Source: a virus (Duplodnaviria; Caudoviricetes). Taken from it: a DNA stretch of 64,000 nt. The notes below the pieces were generated by a model, which had not been told where the DNA came from, ran no database searches, and was given only the letters and a program-made list of their open reading frames with translations. The stretch is taken from positions 2,069 to 66,068 of the IMG/VR virus record IMGVR_UViG_2724679705_000002. One strand, given 5' to 3'. Below are positions 29,787-38,806 of the stretch, in pieces (positions within the stretch are counted from its first letter, which is position 1; each line of letters begins with the position of its first letter). The position numbers and the translations under genes were made by a program.

Positions 29787-32173
29787 ACCGCCTCCGACAG
29801 ATCGGCGGGCTTCACACCCAGAATATCGGCGATCAGGCCATCGGCCTTTTGCTCCAGCGCCAGAATGTCCCGCGTCACGTCATCCAGGCTGCGCAGCGGC
29901 TTGTGGCGGTAGAAATACTTGTTGAAGCTGATCTCGTAGCCGATCTTGACCGTGTCGAGGTTGATCCAGGCCTCGGGCACATGCGGCTTTACCTCGGCCT
30001 TGAAATAGCGGTGGATGCTGTCTTTCAGGGCCACCGCCTCGCTGTCGCGCAGGTCGGTGCTGGGGGCGTAGGTCAGGTAACTGCCATCCGGCTGGGCATA
30101 AAGGCCGAAGTCGCCCAACTCGTCGATGCCACAGCCAAGCCGCTCTGCCACCGCCTCCAGCTCTGCCTTGGAATAGCGCTGGATGCTGTCGATCACCTTT
30201 TCCGCGTCATCGGCATACCAGCTGACGGCGTTCAGGATCGCGTTCTTCTCGGTGGCGGTCAGCTTGATCTTGCGGGCCTTCAGCACCTTGCCGACGTGAT
30301 CGCGGAAGGCGTTGAAATCCGCCGTCTCTTCGGTGCCTACGGCCTCCATCAGCTGATGGCCGACCCCGATCAGATCGCGCTGGCGCAGCCAGAGCGAGGT
30401 GTCGACCAGTTTGCCACGCTGCTTGGCGTTCAGCGCGATCTCCTGCTCCTCGCACCAGGCCTGGATCGCCTTGGCCTGGGCCTTCAGGAAGCCGGGTTCA
30501 TAGACCTTGTCGCCATGTTCGGCCCACAGATGCTCCATCGGTTCGCGAAGGGATTTGTCGAAGCGCAGAGGTTCCAGCCGTTCGCGCGTGATGCGCGCGC
30601 GGCGGCGGTCGGGGCGTTCGATGGTGACCTTGTGATAGCCGAAATCGGTGTTGTCGAAGATTTGCACCGCAATGCCGGTGGGATCGCCGTTCGCGTCAAG
30701 CTGCCGTTCGACCGGCTGGAAGGCCATGTAGGCGGCGATGATGTCGTCGATATGTTCCGGGGCGAATTCGCAGTTCTTGTCGCCAAGGTTCTTGCGCAGC
30801 TTGCGGAACATCAGGTTGGCGTCGATCAGCTGCACCCGGCCGCGCCGCCCCTCGGGCTTGGCGTTGGTCAGAAGCCAGATGTAGGTGGTGATGCCAGTGT
30901 TGTAGAACAGGTTGTTCGGCAGCTGGATGATGGTGTCCAGCATGTCGTTTTCGATGATGAAGCGGCGGATGTTGGATTCGCCGCTGCCCGCGTCACCGGT
31001 GAACAGGCTGGAGCCGTTGTGGACGGAGGCGATGCGCGAGCCGATGGGGCTGTTGGCGATGGGCTTCATCTTGCCCACCATCTCCATCAGGAACAGAAGC
31101 TGGCCGTCGCTGGAGCGCGGTGTTGCGTCGACGGTTTCCGTCTTGCCCCAATAATCGGTCAGTTCCACCTGGAAGCGCGGGTCGATGACGTCGTTGCCAT
31201 CCTTGATGTGCTTCAGGTCGCTCTTCCAGCTCTTGCCGTAGGGCGGGTTCGACAGCATGAAGTCGAAGCGATGGCCCGAAAATTCGTCGGTGGACAGCGT
31301 CGAGCCGACCTTGATGTTCTCGGGGTTGTTGCCCTTGATCATCATGTCGGATTTGCAGATGGCATAGGTCTCGTCGTTGATTTCCTTGCCATAAAGGTAG
31401 ACGTCGCCCTTGGCCGCGATGGGGCCTTCGGGTTCCTTGATGTAGTTCTGGGCCTCGGTCAGCATCCCGCCGCTGCCGCAGGCGGGGTCGTAGATTGTCA
31501 TCACCGGCGGCAACTGGCCGCTGATCGGGTCGAAGATGAGGTGGGTCATCAGATGGATGACCTCACGCGGGGTGAAATGCTCCCCGGCTTCTTCGTTGTT
31601 TTCCTCGTTGAACTTGCGGATCAGCTCTTCGAAGACATAGCCCATGCCGAGGTTTGACAGACCGGGCATCATGTTGCCGTCCGGGTCTTCGGCGTCGTGG
31701 GGCGTCAGGTTGATGTAAGGCGAAATGAACTTTTCGAGGACGTCGAGCAGGACCTGCTTGTTCGCCATGTGCCGCATCTGCTCGAGCAGCTTGAAGCGGG
31801 CGATGATCTCTTTGACGTTGTCGCTGAAGCCGCCGAGATATTCCTCGACGTTGGCCAGCAGGATCTGCTGGTTGTTCGTGGCCGTGGCGTAGAGCTGTTT
31901 AAGCGTCCACTTGCTGGTGTTGTAAAACACGTATCCCGAAGCAGCGGTCAGCGGGGCATCATCGAGCTCTGTCGCCTTCATCTCTTCGCGCTGGAAGCGG
32001 ACTTCCTCCAGGACGGCCGCCTTGGTGGGTTCCAGCAGCGTGTCGAGGCGCCGTAATACGACCATCGGCAGGATAACGTCACGGTACTTGCCGCGCACAT
32101 AGACGTCGCGCAGGCAATCGTCAGCAATGGACCAGATGAAAGAGATGAGCTTGTTGTGGGCGGCCTGGTTCAT
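29783..32173 (-). CDS. hsdM: Type I restriction-modification M subunit
   Basis: GEHFTPRE, YDPACGSGGML and NPPY motifs. Confidence 0.97.
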   Translation of the reverse strand: MNQAAHNKLISFIWSIADDCLRDVYVRGKYRDVILPMVVLRRLDTLLEPTKAAVLEEVRFQREEMKATELDDAPLTAASGYVFYNTSKWTLKQLYATATNNQQILLANVEEYLGGFSDNVKEIIARFKLLEQMRHMANKQVLLDVLEKFISPYINLTPHDAEDPDGNMMPGLSNLGMGYVFEELIRKFNEENNEEAGEHFTPREVIHLMTHLIFDPISGQLPPVMTIYDPACGSGGMLTEAQNYIKEPEGPIAAKGDVYLYGKEINDETYAICKSDMMIKGNNPENIKVGSTLSTDEFSGHRFDFMLSNPPYGKSWKSDLKHIKDGNDVIDPRFQVELTDYWGKTETVDATPRSSDGQLLFLMEMVGKMKPIANSPIGSRIASVHNGSSLFTGDAGSGESNIRRFIIENDMLDTIIQLPNNLFYNTGITTYIWLLTNAKPEGRRGRVQLIDANLMFRKLRKNLGDKNCEFAPEHIDDIIAAYMAFQPVERQLDANGDPTGIAVQIFDNTDFGYHKVTIERPDRRRARITRERLEPLRFDKSLREPMEHLWAEHGDKVYEPGFLKAQAKAIQAWCEEQEIALNAKQRGKLVDTSLWLRQRDLIGVGHQLMEAVGTEETADFNAFRDHVGKVLKARKIKLTATEKNAILNAVSWYADDAEKVIDSIQRYSKAELEAVAERLGCGIDELGDFGLYAQPDGSYLTYAPSTDLRDSEAVALKDSIHRYFKAEVKPHVPEAWINLDTVKIGYEISFNKYFYRHKPLRSLDDVTRDILALEQKADGLIADILGVKPADLSEAV

Positions 32174-32363
32174 GGTTCTACACTGCTGTCCTTACTTTGG
32201 CGCCGGAACGGTCAGTGTCGGAAATATCTTCAGAAAACCGAGCCCTTGCAGCGCATAGCTATGTGGCACCCTAGTTCGCATCTGGTGGCCCCGCAACGTC
32301 CTACGGTGTTCGGGCGAAAGCAAATCTGCCATCGGTTGAAACTTCGCCGCACGAGATGCCAAA

Positions 32364-33032
32364 TCATTTACAGGAAATCCAAGGCCGCGCCTTCGGCATC
32401 GCCACCGTCACCTCGACCTCCCGCAGCATCCCGCCCGCGATCAGCCCCTCGCGGACCCAGCCCAGCGCGTGCCACCAGTCCTCATAACTCCGCCTGGCGG
32501 CCTCAATCTGGTGCGGGTGGGGGGAGAAGGTGACCGGGCAGGCTAGGATGTCGATGGTCTTCCAAGTGGCGCGAGCGCCCGGGCCGCGCACGCGGATGCG
32601 TTCGGTACCTACGACGATGGCGCCCGCATGTGTGCCATGCTGGTTCTGTTTCACGATGGTCGGCACGCAGCGCGGCACAGCGCCGGGCATCCAGTCCGGG
32701 GTCAGCCCGGCGCGGGCCAGTTCGGCGACGCGGATCGCCATGCGCTTGCCGCCGAGGCTGTCGGGGATCCCGGCGACGGTGGCGGCGATCACCTCGGCGT
32801 CCTCGTGGGTGTAGCCGCCGATTTTGTGCTGGCCGCCGTCGATCTTGCAGCCCAGCACGGCGCGCTGGAGGAGGACGTATTCCAGGCCGAAGCCGAAACC
32901 TTCCTCGGTGACGTCCGGGGGCAGGGGCAGTTCCAGCTGCGCCTGTTCGATCCGGAACGCCCATTCCAGCGCGGCCTGCACGCCCAGCGCGCGTTTGATC
33001 CTGGTGCCGCTGACGCGGCCGTGGAAGCTCAT
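32364..33032 (-). CDS. Hypothetical phage protein (position of a late-gene regulator)
   Basis: 222 aa, last gene of the replication operon; function unresolved. Confidence 0.65.
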   Translation of the reverse strand: MSFHGRVSGTRIKRALGVQAALEWAFRIEQAQLELPLPPDVTEEGFGFGLEYVLLQRAVLGCKIDGGQHKIGGYTHEDAEVIAATVAGIPDSLGGKRMAIRVAELARAGLTPDWMPGAVPRCVPTIVKQNQHGTHAGAIVVGTERIRVRGPGARATWKTIDILACPVTFSPHPHQIEAARRSYEDWWHALGWVREGLIAGGMLREVEVTVAMPKARPWISCK

Positions 33033-34117
33033 GGCTTCAATCCTTCAAGGAAATCCATCTGCGCCGGGCGCTGGGCCGCATCCGTCGGCCGCCAGATCCA
33101 CGGGCCCGAGGCCATGGGCAGCTGCGAGAGAGCGCCACGCATGTGCCGCTGCCAGAGGGTGAACTCCATTTCCGAGCAGGCGCAGAGCGCGTGCCCGATA
33201 GGCCAGCCCATCAGCCATCCGACGAAGAGCGGGTTCAGCCGCCGCCGCGACCTGCCCTTCAGGATCCGCCGCGAGACGACGCGCCCATGCGAGGCAATCA
33301 TCGAAGCCCAGAGCGGGCGCGAGATCGGGGCGTGCGGCGAGGACCGCGGCCCATCCGGCGAAATCGCCGGGGCCGGGCGGGTGAAGCCCTGCTCCGCCCG
33401 GTAGTGCAGCAGGTCCATCCGGGATTTGCCGTCGCTGCGGGTGATGCTGGCCTCGCTCGACCCCTTCCAGTTCTGGGCGGCCGGTGTCGGCCAGTGGTTC
33501 GGTAGGGCCGTCGCGATGCCCAGCGCCAGCGCTTCTGCCTTCCGGGTAAAGTCGCTGTTCCCGGCCGGGTTGTAGCGGCCGGTGCCGGGGTGCAGGCTCA
33601 TCGGTGTGGGCCAGGATGAAGATACGCAGCCGCTCGTGCGGCGCGCCGACCTCTGCCGCCGAGAACAGGCCCGCCGCAGGCATGTAGCCCAATCCCCAAA
33701 GCTCTCGCAGGACGGTCTCGAGGCCGAGGGTGACGTGCCCGGCGACGTTTTCGAGGAAGACCCATTCGGGGCGGCACTCGCCGATAACGCGGGCGACATC
33801 GGGCCAGAGGTGGCGGGGATCGTCGGCGCCGCCGCGTTTCCCGGCCGCGCTGAAGGGTTGGCAGGGATAGCCTGCGAGGACGGCATCGAAGGCCCCGCGG
33901 AAGGGGCGGGCATCGAAGCTGCGCAGGTCGGTCCAGATCGGGGCCGGGGCGAAGTATTCGGCGTGCTGGGCCGCGATGAGGACGGCGCGCGGCCAGTCCT
34001 CCCATTCGACGAAGGCGCGGGTGTGATAGCCGGGCTCGGCGAGCATGAGGCCCAGATCAAGGCCTCCGCCGCCTGCGCAGAGGGAGAGTCCGTGCCGGGG
34101 ACGTGACACCATGCCAT
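33029..34117 (-). CDS. Overlapping alternative-frame ORF carrying C5-MTase motif IX (beta-like polypeptide; real start uncertain)
   Basis: WPTP twice and RRLNPLFVGWLMGWP; frame open across the whole alpha gene. Confidence 0.7.
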   Translation of the reverse strand: MAWCHVPGTDSPSAQAAEALIWASCSPSPAITPAPSSNGRTGRAPSSSRPSTPNTSPRPRSGPTCAASMPAPSAGPSMPSSQAIPANPSARPGNAAAPTIPATSGPMSPALSASAAPNGSSSKTSPGTSPSASRPSCESFGDWATCLRRACSRRQRSARRTSGCVSSSWPTPMSLHPGTGRYNPAGNSDFTRKAEALALGIATALPNHWPTPAAQNWKGSSEASITRSDGKSRMDLLHYRAEQGFTRPAPAISPDGPRSSPHAPISRPLWASMIASHGRVVSRRILKGRSRRRLNPLFVGWLMGWPIGHALCACSEMEFTLWQRHMRGALSQLPMASGPWIWRPTDAAQRPAQMDFLEGLKP

Positions 34118-34121
34118 TCAC
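33045..34121 (-). CDS. C5 cytosine DNA methyltransferase, alpha-like polypeptide (motifs I, IV, VI, VIII, X)
   Basis: LCAGGGG, AGYPCQPFS, ENV, PHERLRIF and LLGNGV motifs; no motif IX in this frame. Confidence 0.88.
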   Translation of the reverse strand: MNGMVSRPRHGLSLCAGGGGLDLGLMLAEPGYHTRAFVEWEDWPRAVLIAAQHAEYFAPAPIWTDLRSFDARPFRGAFDAVLAGYPCQPFSAAGKRGGADDPRHLWPDVARVIGECRPEWVFLENVAGHVTLGLETVLRELWGLGYMPAAGLFSAAEVGAPHERLRIFILAHTDEPAPRHRPLQPGREQRLYPEGRSAGAGHRDGPTEPLADTGRPELEGVERGQHHPQRRQIPDGPAALPGGAGLHPPGPGDFAGWAAVLAARPDLAPALGFDDCLAWARRLAADPEGQVAAAAEPALRRMADGLAYRARALRLLGNGVHPLAAAHAWRSLAAAHGLGPVDLAADGCGPAPGADGFP

Positions 34122-35125
34122 CGCACCCCGCGCTCGCGCAGGCGTTGGGCCGTGACCAGCCCCCGGGCCAGCATGGCATCGCGCATGGTGTTGCTGATCG
34201 CGCTGACTGGCAGGTAGCGGTCGGAGTTGACGAGTTCGGCGTAGAAGGCGGGCAGGTCGGTGATCGGCTTTGCCGCCGACGCGGGGGCCGCTTTCGGCTT
34301 TCGGCGCTTCCGCCCGGCATCCTCGGCCTTGCGCTGGGCGGCGCGCTGCATCGCCCGGTCCAGCGCCTTCGGACCATCGGGCGGTTTGGGGTGTTCCTGG
34401 CGGCTGGCCTCGGCCGCGGCGATGATCTCCGCCTCGGTCAGCCCCAGCTCATCGCGCCAGCGCTGCACGTGCAACCGGGGCGGCCAGCCTTGCCACCAGC
34501 CGGGCAGGGCGGCGGGGTCGAGGCCGAGTGCCGCGAGCAGGTCCCCGAAAACCTCATCGGAAATTGCCTCGCGCGCTTGCGCGCCCTCCTCCTCCTTTAC
34601 TGGTTTACTTAGAGGTTCCCTTACAGGGTTAGTGTCCGAAATCCGGACACGGCTTTCGGCATTTTCCGGACACGGCTCGGCCGAAAAATCGGACACGGGA
34701 CTCGCCTCATCCCCGTGTCCGAAATCCGGACACGGCAAGGCATCGGCCATGGCGTCATCGTCACAAACATCGGTACTGTCGCGGCTTTCTACGCCCTGAT
34801 CCTGTCCGTGTCCGGTTTCCGGACACGGCACCACAGCCACAGGTGCGAAGCCCGGCTCAAACCCCAGGATGTAGCGGGTGGGCAGCTGGCGCTTGGTCAC
34901 AGGGTCCAGCCGCGGCACCCGCCGCAGCAGACCCACGGCCTCCAGCTGGCCAAGGTGATCGTTCAGCGTTGATCGGCTGATCTCGCAGTCATGCGCCAGC
35001 CGGTCCTGTGAGGGGAAGCAGCCGTAGTCGGGGTTGAACCGGTCGCAGAGGTGCCAGAGCACGATCTTGGTCGTCGGCTTCAATCCGCGCTGCTTGATGG
35101 CCCAGTTGGTGGCCTCGTGACTCAT
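34118..35125 (-). CDS. Phage replication initiator with N-terminal wHTH
   Basis: MSHEATNWAI...KIVLWHLCD...CFPSQDRLAHDCEISRST; internal iterons. Confidence 0.85.
   Translation of the reverse strand: MSHEATNWAIKQRGLKPTTKIVLWHLCDRFNPDYGCFPSQDRLAHDCEISRSTLNDHLGQLEAVGLLRRVPRLDPVTKRQLPTRYILGFEPGFAPVAVVPCPETGHGQDQGVESRDSTDVCDDDAMADALPCPDFGHGDEASPVSDFSAEPCPENAESRVRISDTNPVREPLSKPVKEEEGAQAREAISDEVFGDLLAALGLDPAALPGWWQGWPPRLHVQRWRDELGLTEAEIIAAAEASRQEHPKPPDGPKALDRAMQRAAQRKAEDAGRKRRKPKAAPASAAKPITDLPAFYAELVNSDRYLPVSAISNTMRDAMLARGLVTAQRLRERGVR
34632..34828. repeat. Iterons, probable replication origin inside the initiator gene
   Basis: Palindromic CCGTGTCCG-N4-CCGGACACGG-type units at 34632, 34713 and 34806; half-sites at 34663 and 34686. 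Confidence 0.75.
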
Positions 35126-35517
35126 GGCGCGGGCCTCCGCGGGGCAGGAGCGATACGCGTGGTGAAGCCTTGATCGGCCAGCGCGCCCAGCGCATCGTCG
35201 AGACTGCGCACCAGCGCCCAGCCGAACCCATGCGCCCGCACCGCATCGCGGAACGCCTCCTGTTCCGGCCGCAATCGCCCCTTCGGAGCCTTCAGTTCGA
35301 GGAACAGGACGCGGCCGTCGCAGAGCACCATCAGATCGGCGAACCCGGCATGGACGCCCATGCCGACAAGGATCGCCTGGCGCTTCGCCCCGCGGGGCCC
35401 GGCCTCGGTCACCTCGTTGGCGCAGTGGTGGATGATGGCGCTGCGGGGCAGGGCGATGCGCAGCGTCTGCACCACGGCACGCTGCAGGTCGGCCTCGGGG
35501 GTGCCGCGGCGTTTCAT
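35122..35517 (-). CDS. VRR-NUC domain nuclease
   Basis: GVHAGFADL..L....VLFLELKAPKGRL PD-(D/E)xK motif. Confidence 0.88.
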   Translation of the reverse strand: MKRRGTPEADLQRAVVQTLRIALPRSAIIHHCANEVTEAGPRGAKRQAILVGMGVHAGFADLMVLCDGRVLFLELKAPKGRLRPEQEAFRDAVRAHGFGWALVRSLDDALGALADQGFTTRIAPAPRRPAP

Positions 35518-35753
35518 CGCACGGCCCTCCCCTGGTCTTCGCGCTGGGCGCGCCGCACCGGCCGCCGCGCATCAACCACCACCAGAAGGCGCTGGGCATC
35601 AGCACGTTCGTCCGGGGTCTCGCCATGTTGGACCAGCACGTTGCAGGCGAGCCGGATCAGGAGATCGCTGTGATGTGCGACATCGGCGAGGACGGCGCGG
35701 GCCTCGGCCACGCGGTCGGCGGGCCAGGCGGAACTGCGGGGGTGGATCGTCAT
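35514..35753 (-). CDS. Hypothetical protein
   Basis: ATG 35753 coupled to neighbours by 4-nt overlaps. Confidence 0.6.
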   Translation of the reverse strand: MTIHPRSSAWPADRVAEARAVLADVAHHSDLLIRLACNVLVQHGETPDERADAQRLLVVVDARRPVRRAQREDQGRAVR

Positions 35754-35998
35754 GGCCGCCCCCGCGTCTTGCGCACCGGGTGAGCCTGTTCCTGCGCCCT
35801 GATCCACTCCTGGATGGCGGCGCGGCGATAGAAGATCTTTCGACCTATGCGTGTGCAGGGCGGACCCTGACGGCGGGCTTCCCACCGCGACAAAGTGTCT
35901 GTGGTCAAATCCAGTGCGCGGGCAAGCTGCTCGCGGCTGATCCAGTCGGCCAAAAGGTCAGGGACCTCCTCCACTGGGTCGTTTTGCATGTCCTTCAT
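35750..35998 (-). CDS. Excisionase/AlpA-like HTH protein
   Basis: ISREQLARALDLTTDTLSRW...GPPCTRIGRKIFYR pattern. Confidence 0.8.
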   Translation of the reverse strand: MKDMQNDPVEEVPDLLADWISREQLARALDLTTDTLSRWEARRQGPPCTRIGRKIFYRRAAIQEWIRAQEQAHPVRKTRGRP

Positions 35999-36060
35999 CG
36001 GCTGCTCCGTTCGCCTCGCGCCCCTCTGCCGGGGGCGGTTTCAGCGAAGCAGAGCGTGAG

Positions 36061-36111
36061 GACCGGAAGACAGGCGGAAGGTGGAACTGGCCGCTATCTC
36101 CCAATTCCACC
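36061..36111. promoter_or_regulatory. Regulatory repeat copy 1 (upstream of xis)
   Basis: 27/29 identical to 38569-38597; contains GGTGGAACTGG-N10-CCAATTCCACC inverted repeat. Confidence 0.65.
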
Positions 36112-36599
36112 CCTTGTTTTATTGGACTTTCAGCGGATAGCGCGCGACGCGACAGGCGTTGCCGCAGCCTTCGCAGGGCATTCCAAGCGCCGCTTCCTGG
36201 CGACGATCCGCGCTTCGTCGACACCGCTCCGACAGCTTGGGGCTGATTGGGCGGCGCTGAGGCGGTTTCGCCGGTTTCGCAGGGACCGGAATTGCCGGAA
36301 TGGACCATTCCGGTCGGGTTCCGACGGTTCTGGATGATATCCACAAGTTCTTTCTTTGTTCCGGTGCGCCAGTGCAGGATTCTGGTTGATCGTTCGCCTT
36401 CAGGATGCGTAGATTCGTGGTTGAGCAGAACATAAGAATCGACAAGGCAACCGAAGCCAGGTGCCGCCCCTCTTGGGGTGGGGTGCCCAATTACAGGCAG
36501 TTTTCCTCGACGACGTGGGCTGCAGCCAGTCCACCCGCGTGCTTGGCACGGCGGGTTTTTGTAACCCGCAGTCCGACGGCCCTGGCCGAAGGATGCCGT

Positions 36600-37223
36600 A
36601 TGTCTGAGAGGAGTTCGTTCATGCCTTTGCCGCCCGTCGCCTTCTATTCCATCTACGAAATTGCCGTGCGCTGGGGCTGTCCCCCGGCCGATGTCGCGGG
36701 CTGGGCGGCAGAGGGCCAGCTGAAGGTCGTCGCAGGCATTCCGCCCGTCAGATGTGGGGATGAAGTCGTGGGGGGCTTGGTCGAGGTGCCCATCGCGGAA
36801 CTGATGTGCATGTTCAGGCGGTTCGGGCCGAGCGACGATATCGGCCGATTGAGGCGCGTTCTCAAACCCGGCAGCGCGACCTGGGCGCACGTGACCGAAC
36901 CTTCGGATGGTCTGCCGATCCGCTCGTCAGACCTGCTGGTGGCGTCGGGGTCGTTGCTGCAATTCGAGGAAGAACGCGACCTATTGCGCCGCCCGGCCTC
37001 CACCATCGGCGCCAGTCCGCGGTACGATTGGGATTCCATGTACGCGTGGCTGACCGTTTTCCTGTTCGAAAAGGGGGTGCCCGACACCCAGACCGCGCTG
37101 GTTGCGCTGGTGCAGGACTGGTTCGTCCAGAATTCGAAGTCGGGGGAAGTGCCGGATGAAAGCACCATCCGCAAGCGGCTGACCTCCCTCTGGCGCAAGC
37201 TGCGTGGCGAGGAAACGGTGTGA
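36600..37223 (+). CDS. Hypothetical DNA-binding protein (putative regulator)
   Basis: N-terminal YSIYEIAVRWGC HTH-like segment and C-terminal VPDESTIRKRL wHTH-like segment; divergent from xis, convergent with int. Confidence 0.7.
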   Translation: MSERSSFMPLPPVAFYSIYEIAVRWGCPPADVAGWAAEGQLKVVAGIPPVRCGDEVVGGLVEVPIAELMCMFRRFGPSDDIGRLRRVLKPGSATWAHVTEPSDGLPIRSSDLLVASGSLLQFEEERDLLRRPASTIGASPRYDWDSMYAWLTVFLFEKGVPDTQTALVALVQDWFVQNSKSGEVPDESTIRKRLTSLWRKLRGEETV

Positions 37224-37226
37224 AGG

Positions 37227-38498
37227 TCAGGCCGATTTCGGCAAGTCGGTTCCGTCCTGCGCTGCGTCATGCACAAGGCGGGGCCGCGGGCGCAGGAGAC
37301 TGGCCACCGTATCGACGCCTGCGCGCAAGGGGGAATCCATCAGGTGCGCATAACGCTGGGTGGTCTGCATCTGGCTGTGGCCCAAGAGCTTGCCGATCAT
37401 TTCCAGCGATGCGCCGCCGCTGACAAGCAGGGAGGCGAAGGTGTGGCGCAGGTCGTGGATGCGGACGTCGGCCAGCCCGGCGTCCTTCTGTGCCTTGGCC
37501 CAGAAACGGCGGATTTCACGCACCGGCTGGCCAACCGTCTCGCCGGGGAAGAGCCACGGATTGCCGCTCGGCACCGCCCGCAGGCGCAGGCGCACGATGG
37601 CTGCGACGTCCTGCGAGATCGGCACACGGTGGATCTTGCGCTGCTTGGTGGTCGAGGCGGGTTTCGACCAGATGGCATAGTCGAGGTTGAACTGTTCGAA
37701 CCGCGCGGTCCTGACCTCGCCCACCCGCGCGCCGGTCAACATGCACATGCGGATGATCGCCGCGGCGCGCTGATCCTCGGCTGTATCCAGCACGACCGCC
37801 AGCCGGGTCAGTTCTTCGGGCGACAGGAACCGTTCGCGGGCATGTTCAATGCGCCGATGGAACCCCTGCGCGGGGTTGTCCGTCCGCCATTCCCATTCCA
37901 CCGCCAGCGTGAACATCTTGCGCAGCACCTCGCCCATGCGGTTGGCCCGGATTGGGGTTGGCTTGTGACCCTGCAGCTTTCGGGCGCGGTTGTTGGGCTT
38001 TGCCTTGCAGGGGCGGGGGCGGCCCTCTGCCACGAAATCGAGGAACTTCGCGACGTCGGACTTGGTGATCTCCGTCACCAGCCGGTTGCCCCAGGCCGGT
38101 TCGACCATCTTCTTCAGCATCGAGAGCTGGTCGCCTGCATTGGTCTTGGCCAGTTTTGGCAGGTGTTCAGCGATGTAACGGTCGATCATGTCGGTGATGC
38201 GCGGGGCCCCGCGCCACTCGTCGCGCGCCGCCAGAGGATCCTGCCCTTCGTCGATGGCGCGGCGCAGTTCCTTGGCGCGTTCGCGCGCGGCCGTGACACT
38301 CCATTCCGGCCAGCGCCCGATGGTCATCCGCCGCTGCCGCCCTGCGTGCCGGTAGTCGATGGTGAACGTGCGCGCGCCCGAGGCCTGAACCCGGGCGGCG
38401 AAGCCGATCACTTCCGTGTCGAAGATCTGATAGCTGACGCCGGGCTTGGGTTCCGCCTCGCGCAGGGTTTTTTCATTGAGTTTCAGTCTCTTGACCAT
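37227..38498 (-). CDS. int: Tyrosine integrase with N-terminal arm-binding domain (P4-like)
   Basis: TGARVGE, HDLRH, LLGH and TQRYAH catalytic motifs; RRMTIGRWPEWSV arm domain. Confidence 0.95.
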   Translation of the reverse strand: MVKRLKLNEKTLREAEPKPGVSYQIFDTEVIGFAARVQASGARTFTIDYRHAGRQRRMTIGRWPEWSVTAARERAKELRRAIDEGQDPLAARDEWRGAPRITDMIDRYIAEHLPKLAKTNAGDQLSMLKKMVEPAWGNRLVTEITKSDVAKFLDFVAEGRPRPCKAKPNNRARKLQGHKPTPIRANRMGEVLRKMFTLAVEWEWRTDNPAQGFHRRIEHARERFLSPEELTRLAVVLDTAEDQRAAAIIRMCMLTGARVGEVRTARFEQFNLDYAIWSKPASTTKQRKIHRVPISQDVAAIVRLRLRAVPSGNPWLFPGETVGQPVREIRRFWAKAQKDAGLADVRIHDLRHTFASLLVSGGASLEMIGKLLGHSQMQTTQRYAHLMDSPLRAGVDTVASLLRPRPRLVHDAAQDGTDLPKSA

Positions 38499-38568
38499 GC
38501 ATCCCGCCTCCTTGCCCGACGACACAGGCGTAGACCCGCGCCACTATCAAGTCGGACCACGGGGCCGG

Positions 38569-38616
38569 GACCGGAATACAGGCGGAAGGTGGAATTGAAC
38601 GCTGGCGGCCAATTCC
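38569..38616. promoter_or_regulatory. Regulatory repeat copy 2 (upstream of int)
   Basis: GACCGGAATACAGGCGGAAGGTGGAATTG...CCAATTCC with the same internal spacing as copy 1. Confidence 0.65.
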
Positions 38617-38806
38617 GGACAATGAAAACAGGGAGTTGGCCGTGCAAGCCCAGCGCGCCGGGTGGCCTGAGATGGGGAATCTTACTGGCATTTGCATCGA
38701 CCGTTTGATCGAACCCCGCGCATGGGGTAGGCGAACTCGCGGCCTTCGAGCCCAGCGATTAAGTGATACCGCCAGCGGACCGCATAATGACGGAGTAGGA
38801 TACAAA

